Positions 35,179-46,008 of a DNA stretch of 64,000 nt are shown piece by piece. Both the position numbers and the translations under genes were made by a program. How positions within the stretch are numbered: position 1 is the stretch's first letter; each line of letters begins with the position of its first letter. The notes under the pieces are model-generated. The model was not told the DNA's origin and did not search any database. It was given only the letters and a program-made list of their open reading frames with translations. The DNA is from an uncultured Acidobacteriota bacterium (GTDB lineage: Bacteria > Acidobacteriota > Terriglobia > Terriglobales > Acidobacteriaceae), in assembly GCA_963713675.1 (NCBI GenBank), contig CAVQMV010000013.1, positions 2,375 through 66,374 of the forward strand, in the 5' to 3' direction.

Positions 35179-35616
35179 ATGGCAACAGCCAAGAAAATTA
35201 CCGGCTACGTGAAACTGCAGATTGAAGCCGGCAAAGCAACGCCCGCGCCGCCGGTCGGCCCCGCGCTGGGTCAGGCGCAGGTCAACATCATGGAGTTCTG
35301 CAAGCAGTTCAACGCCAAGACGCAGAACAAGGAGATGGCCGGGCTGATTATTCCGGTCGTCATCACGGTGTACGCGGACCGCACTTTCAGCTTTATCACC
35401 AAGACGCCTCCGGCGGCGGTGTTGCTGAAGAAGGCGGCGGGCATCGACAAGGGATCGGGCACGCCCAACAAGGAAAAGAAGGGCAAAGTGACCGAGAAGC
35501 AGGTGCGCGAGATCGCCACGCAGAAGATGCCGGATTTGAACGCGGCGTCGATCGATGCGGCGGTCAAGAGCATCAAGGGAACGGCGCGCTCGATGGGGAT
35601 TGAAGTAGTCGGATAA
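35179..35616 (+). CDS. rplK: 50S ribosomal protein L11
   Basis: [35 protein letters not shown]. Confidence 0.99.
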   Translation: MATAKKITGYVKLQIEAGKATPAPPVGPALGQAQVNIMEFCKQFNAKTQNKEMAGLIIPVVITVYADRTFSFITKTPPAAVLLKKAAGIDKGSGTPNKEKKGKVTEKQVREIATQKMPDLNAASIDAAVKSIKGTARSMGIEVVG

Positions 35617-35638
35617 GCGCGCGTTACAGTTTGCAACG

Positions 35639-35673
35639 AAGGCCCTTCGCGATGCGGAGGGCCTTTTGTTTTT
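35639..35673 (+). terminator. intrinsic terminator directly after rplK
   Basis: aaggcccttcgc-gat-gcggagggcctt followed by ttgttttt. Confidence 0.85.
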
Positions 35674-35698
35674 GCTGGACTACGGGCGATGACGGCGA

Positions 35699-37561
35699 TT
35701 ACGTCCCGGACGCTTCCATGCCCAGGATTTCGATTTCGAGGCCGCCGAAGTCGGGGTGGTCGTTTTCGCGGATACGATAGGCGAGGTCGATGCGGCTGCC
35801 CTGAGTGAGGCGGAGTTCCATGGCTCGTTCGGCCAGGTTCCAGCCGACGGCGCGAATGGAGCTGATGGGCGCGGGGCTGTTGGACGGACCGGCGGTGGGC
35901 TCATTGTCGATCAGGTTTCGTGCTATCCCTGGTCCCCAAATCGGGACCAGGGGCACCCCCAGCACGGCGAGTGACGGTGCGGGGTCCTGCGCGAGGTCGA
36001 GCGCGAGATGGCGGGCCTTCATGATGCGCGGCGCTTTGAGCAGGCGCGCGTTGCGCGCGAGGAAGAGCGGCTCGGCGTTGCCGTGGCCGAGCGGCTCGAG
36101 TTTCTTGAGCCATCCGGCGAGCACAGGCGTGATGCGGTCGAGCGGCAGCTCGGCGTGAATATGCAGAACGCGCTCGGGCTCGCGCGCGGCGAGGTGCTGC
36201 TCGGCATACGCGCGCAGGCGGCGCTTGAGTTCGGGAAGATTTTCCGCGGGGAGCGCGAAGCCCACGGCGAAGGCGTGGCCGCCGAAACGGGTGAAGAGAT
36301 CGGCGCAGGATTCGATGGCGGCGAGGAGGACAAATCCGTCGACGGAGCGGCCGGAGCCGTGAGCGATTTTGCCGTCGGGGCCATCTTCAATGCTGACGAC
36401 GATGGCCGGCTTGGCGGTGCGCTCGACGACGCGTGAGGCGAGGATGCCAATGACGCCGCGATGCCAGCCGTCGCCGTCGATGACGAGAAGGCGGTCGGCA
36501 GCGATTTCTGAATCGGACGCGAGGCGGGCTTCGATGATGGCAAGGGCGGCGGCTTCCACGTCGCGGCGTTCGCGGTTGAGCCGCTCTAATTTGTTTGCCA
36601 GCTCAGTGGCGCGGTGCGAATCGCGCGTGGAGAACAGCTCAACGACTTCGGAGGCGATGTCCATGCGGCCGGCGGCGTTGATGCGCGGCGCGAGGCGGAA
36701 GGCGACGTCGAAGCTGGTGAGCTGCTTGGCTGCGGGATCGAGCGCGGCGGCGGCAAAGAGCGCGCGGAGACCGGCGCCCATGGGACGGCGCAGCTCCTTC
36801 AGGCCAATCGCCGCGATGGTGCGATTTTCGCCGCGTAGCGGAACGGCGTCGGCGATGGTGGCGATGGCTGCCATTTTGAGAAAGCTGGGCAGGGTTTTTT
36901 CGCGCGCCCGCTCCGGCTCGCGGTGCTCGAGCAACGCTTGCGCCAGCTTGAGCGCGATGGCCGCGCCGCATAACGATTTTTCGGGGTACGGGCATCCCGG
37001 TTGGTTCGGATTCAGGATGGCGAGGGCGGCGGGAAGCGCATCGCCGGCGGCGGGCAAGTGATGGTCGGTGACGATTAAATCCAGACCAAGCCGCCGCGCA
37101 GTTTCCGCTTCGGCAAAGGCGCGCATGCCGGTGTCGACAGTGACGACGACGCGAACGCCTTCGGCGTGCGCCGCTTCCAGCACGCTCGATTGCATGCCGT
37201 AGCCTTCGCGGAGACGGTGCGGCACGTGGAAACGCACTTCTCCTCCGAGCATCTCGATGGCGATCTTGAGCAGGACGACGGCGACAGTGCCGTCCACGTC
37301 GTAGTCGCCGTAGAGTAGGATCGGCTCGCGCGCCGCGATGGCGCGTTCCAGACGGTCGACGGCCGCGGCCATGCCCAGCATGAGGAAGGGGTCGTGGAGA
37401 TGCGCGGGCTCGGGATTGAAGAAGGCGAAGGCTTCGGTTGGCTGGGTGATGCCGCGAGCGACTAGCAGCTCGGCGAGAACGAGGGGCAGGCGGGCTTCGT
37501 GAGCGAGAGCGGCGGATTCGTCAGGATGCAGCTCGGCGACGATCCAACGCTGGCGCGGCAT
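35699..37561 (-). CDS. recJ: single-stranded-DNA-specific exonuclease RecJ
   Basis: YGDYDVDG, PHRLREGYG, TVDTG, TDHH, APRINAAGR, GGHAFAVG, PLGHGNAEP; start moved to ATG 37561 (alternative 37624). Confidence 0.96.
   Translation of the reverse strand: MPRQRWIVAELHPDESAALAHEARLPLVLAELLVARGITQPTEAFAFFNPEPAHLHDPFLMLGMAAAVDRLERAIAAREPILLYGDYDVDGTVAVVLLKIAIEMLGGEVRFHVPHRLREGYGMQSSVLEAAHAEGVRVVVTVDTGMRAFAEAETARRLGLDLIVTDHHLPAAGDALPAALAILNPNQPGCPYPEKSLCGAAIALKLAQALLEHREPERAREKTLPSFLKMAAIATIADAVPLRGENRTIAAIGLKELRRPMGAGLRALFAAAALDPAAKQLTSFDVAFRLAPRINAAGRMDIASEVVELFSTRDSHRATELANKLERLNRERRDVEAAALAIIEARLASDSEIAADRLLVIDGDGWHRGVIGILASRVVERTAKPAIVVSIEDGPDGKIAHGSGRSVDGFVLLAAIESCADLFTRFGGHAFAVGFALPAENLPELKRRLRAYAEQHLAAREPERVLHIHAELPLDRITPVLAGWLKKLEPLGHGNAEPLFLARNARLLKAPRIMKARHLALDLAQDPAPSLAVLGVPLVPIWGPGIARNLIDNEPTAGPSNSPAPISSIRAVGWNLAERAMELRLTQGSRIDLAYRIRENDHPDFGGLEIEILGMEASGT
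35916..35959. repeat. REP-like palindrome inside the recJ coding sequence
   Basis: tttcgtgctatcc-ctggtccc-caaatc-gggaccag-gggcaccc shares both flanks with the intergenic copies. Confidence 0.75.
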
Positions 37562-37629
37562 TGCGCGTTGCGGCAATACAGGTTGTGCCGGGGCGGGCCC
37601 ATTTTCGGCGCGGGACGTGCTCACGCGCC

Positions 37630-38109
37630 TTACTCGTCCTCGTCGTCGTGCGAGTGCGTGTCGTCAATCACGATGTCGTGAAAGGCCTCGAGATTTTCCA
37701 GCAGCGACTGGTAGCGCTCGTACCACTCGGTGGTGGTTTCGTGCATAAAGACGATGCCCTGGTAGATGAAGCCGAGCTGGATGTAGCCGAGCTTGCCCGC
37801 GTACTTGCGCAGCCACTTGGCCTCGACCAGCTCCGCGGCCTCTTCATCGGGGAAGTTCATCTCGCCGGCTTCTTCGATGAGCGCGTCGAGTTCCTCGTGG
37901 TCGAGCGTCATCTCGCTGAAGGTGACGAAGGGAGAGCCCACGTGCTTGGCCATCTCCACAAAGTCCTTCCACGCGTCGATGTTGCCGTGGCCCTCCCAAA
38001 GAACTGAAGGAATGTCGTCGGTGACGTAGCCGGGGAGGCGGCGCATGCCATGACCCTCGATGAAGGCCACCATATCGTCTTTGAGCGAAAGTAAATTATC
38101 CGTACTCAT
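37630..38109 (-). CDS. conserved acidic hypothetical protein
   Basis: 159 aa from ATG 38109, coding-like codon use, co-oriented upstream of recJ. Confidence 0.8.
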   Translation of the reverse strand: MSTDNLLSLKDDMVAFIEGHGMRRLPGYVTDDIPSVLWEGHGNIDAWKDFVEMAKHVGSPFVTFSEMTLDHEELDALIEEAGEMNFPDEEAAELVEAKWLRKYAGKLGYIQLGFIYQGIVFMHETTTEWYERYQSLLENLEAFHDIVIDDTHSHDDEDE

Positions 38110-38205
38110 TGTTAGACACCCATTCTCGCAGATGGGGCCGGGGTGGGCATACGGGTTGTGGAAAGCCGCAAGAGCGCGCTCTGACCGAAAGCCTGCAGGT
38201 TGAGG

Positions 38206-38430
38206 TTTGTGCTCTCCCACATCTCAAAATCGAGATGTGGGGCAACCGCGTTATGTGCTGAGCTGAGGGAGGCGAGTCGAGGTTCGTGTCATCCCACCTT
38301 AACCGATTCGCGGAACACGCGAATCGGCGAAGATGGGGCACCCATTTTTGGTGTTGAGTTGAGAGACGTGGGTTGGGGTTTGTGCTCTCCCACATCTCAT
38401 CCGCCGCGGCGGACGAGATGTGGGGCACCC
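38206..38430. repeat. three REP-like palindromes (GGGGCACCC family)
   Basis: Copies at 38206-38247, 38283-38343 and 38379-38430, with conserved ends and variable hairpin cores. Confidence 0.8.
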
Positions 38431-38443
38431 GCGTTAGTCTGGA

Positions 38444-38833
38444 ATGAGCCGCACCGGAATTGATTGGACTGAGGAGGTTTTCCGCTTGCCCCCATTTGAA
38501 CGACACGTCTTTGTCTGTCACAACACTCGCCCTGCCGATGCGCCGCGACCCTCTTGCACACGCGACGGAACGAGCGCTCTGCACGCGCGCTTGCAGCAGC
38601 TTTCGCGCGAGGCCGGGCTGGGCGCGAAGGTGCGCATCAACAAGTCCGGCTGCCTGGACCAGTGCGAGCATGGGCCCACGGTAGTGGTGTATCCCGATGC
38701 GGTTTGGTACGGGCACGTGCAGCCGGAGGACGCGGAAGAGATTGTGACGGAGCACCTGGTGGGCGGGCGGCCGGTGGAGCGGCTGCGCCTTGCCGACGCG
38801 TGCGTGAATACCAAAAGCTGCCCGCATCGGTGA
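38444..38833 (+). CDS. thioredoxin-like [2Fe-2S] ferredoxin
   Basis: HVFVC..PSC, RINKSGCLDQCEHGP.VVVYP..VWY. Confidence 0.92.
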   Translation: MSRTGIDWTEEVFRLPPFERHVFVCHNTRPADAPRPSCTRDGTSALHARLQQLSREAGLGAKVRINKSGCLDQCEHGPTVVVYPDAVWYGHVQPEDAEEIVTEHLVGGRPVERLRLADACVNTKSCPHR

Positions 38834-39011
38834 AGCAGGGACCAAGAGAACAAGGGACCAAGGGACCAAGCCGCCCCAGCGAGCAAAGAGCGCTCGCCGG
38901 GGAACCCGGCAAGGGAGCGAGAAAGCGGGGACTCGGAGAAGGATTTGCCGGTGCAATGAAGGGGGCCTGCTGAAGTTGGAATAAAATTCCACGACAAAGA
39001 GGATTCCGGAA

Positions 39012-39794
39012 ATGTTGAACTCTGTGCCTGTTTCACGGCGGCGAGCCCTGTCGATCGGGGCTGGACTGGTGGCTGGCGCCGCGCTTCCGCCAGCGGCGTT
39101 CGCCCATGCGGAATTGAAGAAAGCGACGTTCGTTTTGGTTCACGGTGCCTGGCACGGCGGATGGTGCTGGCGGCGCGTCTCCGATCGCCTGACGGAAAAG
39201 GGCCACTATGTAGTGGCTCCTACACTCTCGGGCTTGTGCGAGCGCTCGCATCTGGCGTCCGATGCGATCGACCTTTCAACCCACATTGACGATGTTGCGG
39301 GCGAGATCCAATGGAAGGATCTCAATGGGATCGTGCTGGTTGGGCATTCGTATGGCGGGATGGTGATTACCGGCGTAGCTGAGAAGCTGCGCGACCGGAT
39401 CTCGGCGATCGTATATCTGGATGCCTTCCAGCCTGACGATGGCCAATCTTTGTATGATGCCCTTCACGTCGCAACGCCGGCGGTGAAGATGGTTCAGCCT
39501 CACCCTGCCGCCTATTTCCACGTGAACGAAAAGGACCAGGCGTGGGTTGACGGCAAGTTGACGCCACAACCCGCAAGAACCTTTACTGAGGAGCTGAAGG
39601 TAACGGGCGCTTACCAGAGCGTTTCCACGAAGGTCTACATTCGCGCGCCCCTCTTCCAGAATGTTGCGTTCGACCGAGCCCTGGAGCGGTGCCGCGCCGA
39701 TCGCACGTGGAAGACAGAGACTGTGACCTGCGGCCATGACGTGATGATCGATCAACCAGAAGTCTTGACCGCAATCCTCGAGAAGCTGGTTTGA
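39012..39794 (+). CDS. Tat-exported alpha/beta hydrolase (esterase family)
   Basis: SRRRAL signal, LVHGAWHGGWCW, GHSYGG nucleophile, GHDVM. Confidence 0.9.
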   Translation: MLNSVPVSRRRALSIGAGLVAGAALPPAAFAHAELKKATFVLVHGAWHGGWCWRRVSDRLTEKGHYVVAPTLSGLCERSHLASDAIDLSTHIDDVAGEIQWKDLNGIVLVGHSYGGMVITGVAEKLRDRISAIVYLDAFQPDDGQSLYDALHVATPAVKMVQPHPAAYFHVNEKDQAWVDGKLTPQPARTFTEELKVTGAYQSVSTKVYIRAPLFQNVAFDRALERCRADRTWKTETVTCGHDVMIDQPEVLTAILEKLV

Positions 39795-39816
39795 GTAGGT
39801 CCGCAAAGGAATTGCG

Positions 39817-42552
39817 ATGAAGCGCAGAGAGTTTTTGCAACTGGCTGGCGCCGCTTCCGCAGCGAGCGTGGCACGGGGTGCGATGGCGCAAGCCGTTCGC
39901 GGTATTGTCATCATGGTTGACACCAGCGACCCCGTGGCCGGTGCGGCGCCGGTACGGTGGGCGGCAGAACAACTGCGCGCGGCACTGACAGCCAAGGGTG
40001 CTTGGTGCCGTGTGGTTACGCCTCCGCTTCACGCGCGCGGAGCAGCATTTTATGTGATTGTGAACGCGACGGCCCTGACGACCTCCAGGAACGCTCCGCA
40101 CGCGGCCTTGGGAGCGGAGAGTTTTGTGCTGGCGGCCGGCCGCCAGGAAGGCGTACCGGCCACGATCGTCTCAGGGAGCGACGTACGGGGGTATGTATAC
40201 GGATTGTTGGAGTTGGCGGAGCGAGTGCAGTTTGGCGCGAATCCCGCGCAGGCGCTGCGCCTGACAAAGCCAATCGAAGAGAAGCCGGCCAACGAAGTGC
40301 GCTGCGTGAGCCGCTACTTTTGCAGCGAACTCGAAGACAAGCCGTGGCTGTACGACAGGGATTTCTGGCCTGGATACCTGGACGTGCTGGCCGCGAGCCG
40401 CTTCAACCGCTTCTGCCTTGGGTTTGGATTGGAGTACGACTTTCCCAAGGGTGTGACCAGCGACTATTTGCATTTTCCGTATCCTTATCTACTCGACGTG
40501 CCGGGGTACGACACGCAGGTACTACAACTGCGCGCGCCGGATGGCAAGGTGCTGGCGGCGCCGGTTCCGCTGAGCGCCGCGGAGCGCGAAAAGAATCTTC
40601 AGGCGCTGCAGTTTATTGCCGCGCAGACGGCGGCGCGGGGGTTGCACTTCCAGCTCGGCATCTGGACGCACGCTTACGAATGGACCGACAGCCCTAATGC
40701 GTATCACCGCATCGAAGGATTGACGCAGAGAGACGCACGCGAACTATTGCCGCGATGCGCTGGCGATGCTGCTGAAGCTGTGCCCGGAGATCCAGGGACT
40801 GACGATGCGCGTGCACGGCGAGAGCGGCATTCCCGAGGGCAGCTACGATTTCTGGCAGACGCTGTTCGCGGCCATCAAAGGATGCGGGCGCACGATCGAG
40901 ATCGACATGCACGCCAAGGGCGTGGACGAGAAGATGATCGACATCGCCGTGGCGACGGGCATGCCGGTGAAGCTGGGAGCGAAGTACTCGGCCGAGCATC
41001 AGAGCCTTGGCTATCAACAGGCCGACATTCGCGCGCTGGAGATTCCCAAGGCGGGGCACGCGGGCGAGGGGCCGTTCAGTTTGAGCTCGGGCTCGCGATC
41101 GTTTACGCGTTATGGGTACGCGGATTTCTTGAAGGCCGGCAGCCGCTACAAGCTGCTCTTCCGCCTGTGGCCGGGAACGCAGCGGCACTTGCTTTCAGCC
41201 GACCCGGAGATGGCGGCGGCGTACGGGCGGACGGCGCATTTTTGCGGCGCGGTTGGCCTGGATTTGATGGAGCCGCTGACGTTCAAGGGCAGGGAAGGGT
41301 CAGGGCAGGCGGGCGGCCGATGCGCGTATGCCGATGCGGCGCTCAATCCGAAGTACGATTGGGAAAAATTTGAGCTCTACTATCGCGTGTGGGGCCGCAG
41401 GCTCTACGATCCGGATGCAAATTCCGAGGCGTGGCGCCGCTGGATGCGGGCGCAATTCGGAGCGGCGCACGGTTCAATTGGAGACGGCTGTGGCCCATGC
41501 CAGCCGGATTGCTGCCGCTGGTGACTTCGGCGCATCTGCCGTCGGCATCGAATCACTCGTTCTGGCCGGAGATCAATACCAACATGCCGATCGTGATCGG
41601 CGGCGAGCCTTCGCCTTACAGCGACACGCCGGAGCCGAAGTGCTTCGGCACCGTGAGCCCGCTCGACCCGCAGACGTTTTCGACGGTCGAAGAGCATGGC
41701 GGAGATTTGCTGGCCGGAAGCCTGAATCCCAAGTACTCGCCGATCGACGTGGCGCAGTGGCTGGAGGATGCAGCGGCAGCAGCGAGCGATGCGCTGGACG
41801 CGGCGCGGCGGGGAAGTGTGGCGCGCCGTTCGCCCGTCTTCCGGCGGATGGAAGCGGATGTGCTGATCCAGGTGGGGCTGGGGCGGTTTTTCGCGTCGAA
41901 GATGCGCGCGGGCGTGTTGTACGTGGTGTTTCAGCAGTCGCAGGAACGGCAGGCGGGGCTGGAAGCGCTGGATCAGTATCGGATGGCGCGGGAGGCGTGG
42001 GTTGCGGCGGCGCAGGCGGCGGCCGTGTATCGCAGCGACATTACCTATGGAAGCACGCCGATGCGGCGCGGGCACTGGAGCGACCGGCTGGTGGCCATAG
42101 ACAAGGACATTGCGGCGCTGACGGCGCAGGTGCAGGCCGTGCCCGAGGACGCTGAAGCGACTCCGAATGTGCGGCGGGCGATCCTGGCGGCGACGGGTCG
42201 GCCGGTACTCCCCACGATCGCGTGGACCCATACACCGCCGGCGGTATTTCAGCCGGGGTCGGCGTTGGCGCTCGCGATCTCGGTTCCGCAACAGGTGCTG
42301 GTGCCGATTCTGACATCGGTTTTTCTGCGCTACCGGCACGTGAATCAGGCGGAGCGGTGGAAGCGGGTGGAGACGCAGGCGAACGAGACGGTGTACAGCG
42401 CGGAGATTCCGGCAAGTTACACGCAGTCGCCGTATGCGCTGGAGTATTGCTTTGAACTGCGCGCCAAGAATGGCGATGCCTGGATGGCTCCGGGGTTCGA
42501 TGCGGCGCTTTCGAGCCAGCCGTATTACGCGGTGATGCGCGGCGGCGCATGA
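39817..42552 (+). CDS. large Tat-exported glycoside-hydrolase-like protein, split by frameshifts (near 40730 and 41460-41510)
   Basis: KRREFL signal, GH20/GH67-like N-domain (GSDVRGYVYGLLELAE); contiguous segments in three ORFs. Confidence 0.7.
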
Positions 42553-42667
42553 GGCCGGGAATGTGGAGGCCGGCGGCCTGGATTGAGGCGGAGCCGGCGC
42601 AGACCAGGCATGCGGGCCGCGCAGTGTGTACACCCCCGGCCCGATGCGGTATCCTGACGTTTAGCCC

Positions 42668-42948
42668 ATGATTTTTTCCCGCGACTACATTGGGTATCTG
42701 GCCCGCCGCACGGTCAAGCACCTCATCGACGCCAAGATGATCACCACCAGCGATATGAAGGTGACCGAAGCGCGCGTTAATGCAGCGGCTTGATCGAAGA
42801 GCTTTCGCTCGAAGACCGCATCAACGAAGAGGTGCGCGTGATTCTCGAGGCGTACTCCGAGGAGATGCGCAAGAGCGGCGCGCAATATGCCGAGATGTTC
42901 AAGAAGGTGAAGACCGAGCTGGCCAAGAAGTACAAGGCGGTGCTATGA
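42668..42948 (+). CDS. DUF507 family protein (frameshift near 42785)
   Basis: Manual reading MIFSRDYIGYLARRTVKHL..EELSLEDRINEEVRVIL..MFKKVKTELAKKYKAVL. Confidence 0.8.
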
Positions 42949-43220
42949 GGATCAGCCGCGACAAGCTCAACAAGCTGGCCCACACCGTGGCCGACACGCT
43001 GGCCGAGATCGACCAGGTGGGGTTCCTCGAGGATCGCAACACCATCCGCCAGGAGGCGCGCAAGGCGCTGACGACGCTGCTCACCGAGGAGGCGCGGATC
43101 GACACGGCGGCGCGGCTGAAGATCGCCAACCAGCGCAAGATCATCCTGGAAGGCTCGCAGGAGTGGGAGATTCTCTACCGCAAGTACTACAACGATGAAG
43201 TGCGCAAGCTGGGGATCTGA
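42945..43220 (+). CDS. DUF507 family protein
   Basis: MRISRDKLNKLAH..EGSQEWEILYRKYYNDE; ATGA overlap with the previous paralog. Confidence 0.88.
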   Translation: MRISRDKLNKLAHTVADTLAEIDQVGFLEDRNTIRQEARKALTTLLTEEARIDTAARLKIANQRKIILEGSQEWEILYRKYYNDEVRKLGI

Positions 43221-43322
43221 GCGGCAGCTTTTGACTTGGGTCTGATCCTTTTGGTCCTGATCCAGGTTTTTGTTAAAGTAATCAAGTGGCCCGCATCCGC
43301 GGGCCGTCCCCGCACAAGTTGT

Positions 43323-43397
43323 GGCGCTATCGTCTAGGGGTTAGGACGTGAGATTCTCAATCTTAAAACCCGGGTTCGATTCCCGGTAGCGCTACCA
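43323..43397 (+). tRNA. tRNA-Glu(CTC), integration site
   Basis: GGCGCTA/TAGCGCT acceptor stem, TTCTCAA loop, GTTCGAT, CCA. Confidence 0.96.
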
Positions 43398-43410
43398 GAT
43401 ATTAAACGCT

Positions 43411-43436
43411 AAAGCCCGCTAAATCAGCGGGCTTTT
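43411..43436 (+). terminator. terminator supplied by the element downstream of tRNA-Glu
   Basis: aaagcccgct-aaatc-agcgggctttt. Confidence 0.75.
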
Positions 43437-43861
43437 CCTTTGCCCGAAAATCCTCCTAGCGCGTGTTTGGTCACAATAGCGCGTTCCGTGGTACACAGTT
43501 TGGTACACAGTCCATTTTGGCCCGTTTCCTCACCCGGCGGACTCCGGCGCTCGCCGATGGTTCGCCTCAGAACTCCTTCTACCGCAAAGCGGACACAGCG
43601 CAGGATGGGGCGCGGCGCAGGCGCACCGAGAGCGCATGTGAGCGATTGCAAGCCCTCTGCCCTGCCGTGAGGCATAGCTGGCGCGGTGAAGGCTCTGGAG
43701 CGGAGTGCAATATTGCACTGCTGGTCGCGTGGTTCTGGCGGGCCGTCCGGCCCGATTGCCCGAAGTTGTCCAGACCCCAGGGGTGTGAGGGCTTGGACGG
43801 CTTTTGATCGCTCACACGGCTCCAAAAAAATTTGGGAAATTGGGAGCGTAAGGTTGCAAGA

Positions 43862-44071
43862 TTAGTGCCGGCTTCTGCATTCGAGCAGTTTTTCGATGGC
43901 GATAGCGGAGATCACTGATTCTGCCGCCGGCAACGAGTTGAGGACTGTCGAGAGCAACCCCGAGTCGATGTAGCGGCGAACTGTTCGCGTGGAGCACTGC
44001 AAGTATGCGGCAGTCTGCGCCACGGTGAACCAATCGCGGTCTAGCGTTTGCGGCGCGGTTGCAGTGGGCAT
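43862..44071 (-). CDS. excisionase-like HTH protein
   Basis: DWFTVAQTAAYLQCSTRTVRRYIDSGLL; C-terminus possibly frameshifted. Confidence 0.75.
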   Translation of the reverse strand: MPTATAPQTLDRDWFTVAQTAAYLQCSTRTVRRYIDSGLLSTVLNSLPAAESVISAIAIEKLLECRSRH

Positions 44072-44192
44072 CTTTTCCCTCGGGCTGTTTTCCTATTCAT
44101 GTTCAGCAGATGTCAACAGATGGTCGTATAGAACGAGGCCATTTTTCGCCCGATTCGTGATGCAGATTCGTTTTCGAAATCCGGCGGCAGCG

Positions 44193-44408
44193 TTACAATC
44201 CCTTCAGCAGTTCCGAGAGCGTTGTTTCCAGAGCAGAGGCGATCTTGCTGAGGGTGCGCAGCCCCGGCTCGCGTGTGCCGCGCTCCAAGTCGGAGATGTG
44301 GACCTCGTGGACGCCGGACTGCTCGGCAAGGTCGATCTGCCGCCAGTTCCGGGCGCGGCGCAGCTTCCTGATCCGCTCGCCCGTCGCCGCACAGATGTCC
44401 TTTGCCAT
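44193..44408 (-). CDS. XRE-family repressor (C-protein-like)
   Basis: GERIRKLRRARNWRQIDLAEQSGVHEVHISDLERGTREPGLRTLSKIA. Confidence 0.9.
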   Translation of the reverse strand: MAKDICAATGERIRKLRRARNWRQIDLAEQSGVHEVHISDLERGTREPGLRTLSKIASALETTLSELLKGL

Positions 44409-44431
44409 GCGTCCATGATCGGGTTAGCCTT

Positions 44432-44449
44432 TGCGCTATATTTAGCGCA
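44432..44449. promoter_or_regulatory. operator palindrome between the divergent XRE and Sel1 genes
   Basis: TGCGCTA-TATT-TAGCGCA. Confidence 0.55.
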
Positions 44450-44500
44450 TACACTCTCTGGTGATTGGAAGGGCTGGCTATTATGCGTTTGAACGGGAAG

Positions 44501-45416
44501 ATGAGAGCACGATCCATCAGCCTATTGGTTGCGTTGCTGCTGCCAGCATTGGCGTCGGGGCTTGGGCGCAATCGAGCGATACGGCAGCAGTTCAAAACAA
44601 AGGCATCGACCCGGCATTACTTGCCAAGGCGGAAGCTGAGGAGATGCGATTGTGGAGTTATTCCTTGGCGTGCTTTATGAGCAAGGTAAAGGCGTTCGCC
44701 AAGATTACACTCAAGCAGCAACGTGGTATCGCAAGGCCGCGGTGCATGGCGACGCCGATGCGCAATTGTGTCTTGGCGCACTTTATGACTTTGGCCGGGC
44801 GTAACGCAAGACTACGCGCAGGCCGCCTTCTGGTATCTCAAATCTGCCGAGCAAGGCAACACCTTAGCGGAATTTCGTCTTGGCGACCTATATGGTCTTG
44901 GCCGGGGCGTGACGCAAGACCACGCACAGGCTACTGTCTGGTATCGGAAGGCGGCGGAAGAAGGATTGGCCGACGCGCAATGGCGTCTTGGATTTGAGTA
45001 CGAGACCGGCCAAGGCGTGACACAAGACTACGCGCAGGCTGCCGTTCGGTATCAGAAAGCAGCGGAACAAGGTGATGTCAATGCGTCAAATCGGCCTCGG
45101 AAGGCTGTACGAATGGGGAAACGGTGTACCGCAAGACTATGCGCAAGCCGCTAACTGGTATCTCAATGCTGCCGAGCAAGGTGATTCCTTAGCTCAGTGG
45201 AATCTCGGCTCACTCTATGACGAGCGCACGCAGAACTACGCAGAAGCCTATTTCTGGCTGGACATTGCCGCGTCAGAAAAGATCGATGGTGTCAAACCGG
45301 AGGACGTTGCCAGAGACCGAGACGAAGCCGCGTCTAACTTGACACCCGCCGATCTCTTGCGCGTACAAGAGCGGGCGCGGAAATGGTTTGAGGATCACCC
45401 CGCAAAGCCACAGTGA
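44501..45416 (+). CDS. secreted Sel1-repeat protein, several frameshifts
   Basis: Repeated G.GV.QDYAQA..WY.KAAEQG..AQ..LG..Y units across frames, ending EAYFWLDIAA..ARKW. Confidence 0.85.
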
Positions 45417-45522
45417 CCCGAACACGCCGCCCGAATGAGATAACATTTTCTTGAATCGGCTAGGGTAGCTCCCGAATGGGCAGGCTCTCCCGGCTTGCCC
45501 CGCCGATCTCTTCATAGCCGGG

Positions 45523-46008
45523 ATGCCACTCGGGAGGTGGCAAGTGTCGAAAAAAGCGGAGCACGAACTTGCGGCATTTCTGGCCGCATTGCCTGACTAT
45601 CAAAGGAAGTCATTTGAATCTGGCCTTTCCTCCCTTACTCAAGATGAAATGCAGCAATGGGCAGATTGGATAGCGCCCCCCAGCGAGCAATTCAGCGCTC
45701 TACAGCAAGAGTATTTCCGTTTGCTTCAGGCCGTTCCCGCAAGGCTAAGAGAATATGTGCAGCGAGAGCGGCGAGAGAATGACCGACTCTTCGGGTCCTA
45801 TCTACCAAAAATTCCAGAAGGCCGGCCGCGAAAGGATGCCCTAGCGAATGAGGCCGTAGAGTTAAAGAAAGCTGAATGTCTGTACTCACAAATTGCCAGG
45901 CGCCTGCATCTGATGCGCAGCGACGGCACACCAAAACGGCGAGCAGGTTCGCGGACTTCTCAAGTCCCGAAGACTCAAATCGCGCAACGCAGCAGCACCC
46001 CCGGATAA
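45523..46008 (+). CDS. hypothetical protein with probable C-terminal HTH
   Basis: GRPRK..A..L..YSQIARRL; C-terminus probably frameshifted. Confidence 0.55.
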   Translation: MPLGRWQVSKKAEHELAAFLAALPDYQRKSFESGLSSLTQDEMQQWADWIAPPSEQFSALQQEYFRLLQAVPARLREYVQRERRENDRLFGSYLPKIPEGRPRKDALANEAVELKKAECLYSQIARRLHLMRSDGTPKRRAGSRTSQVPKTQIAQRSSTPG

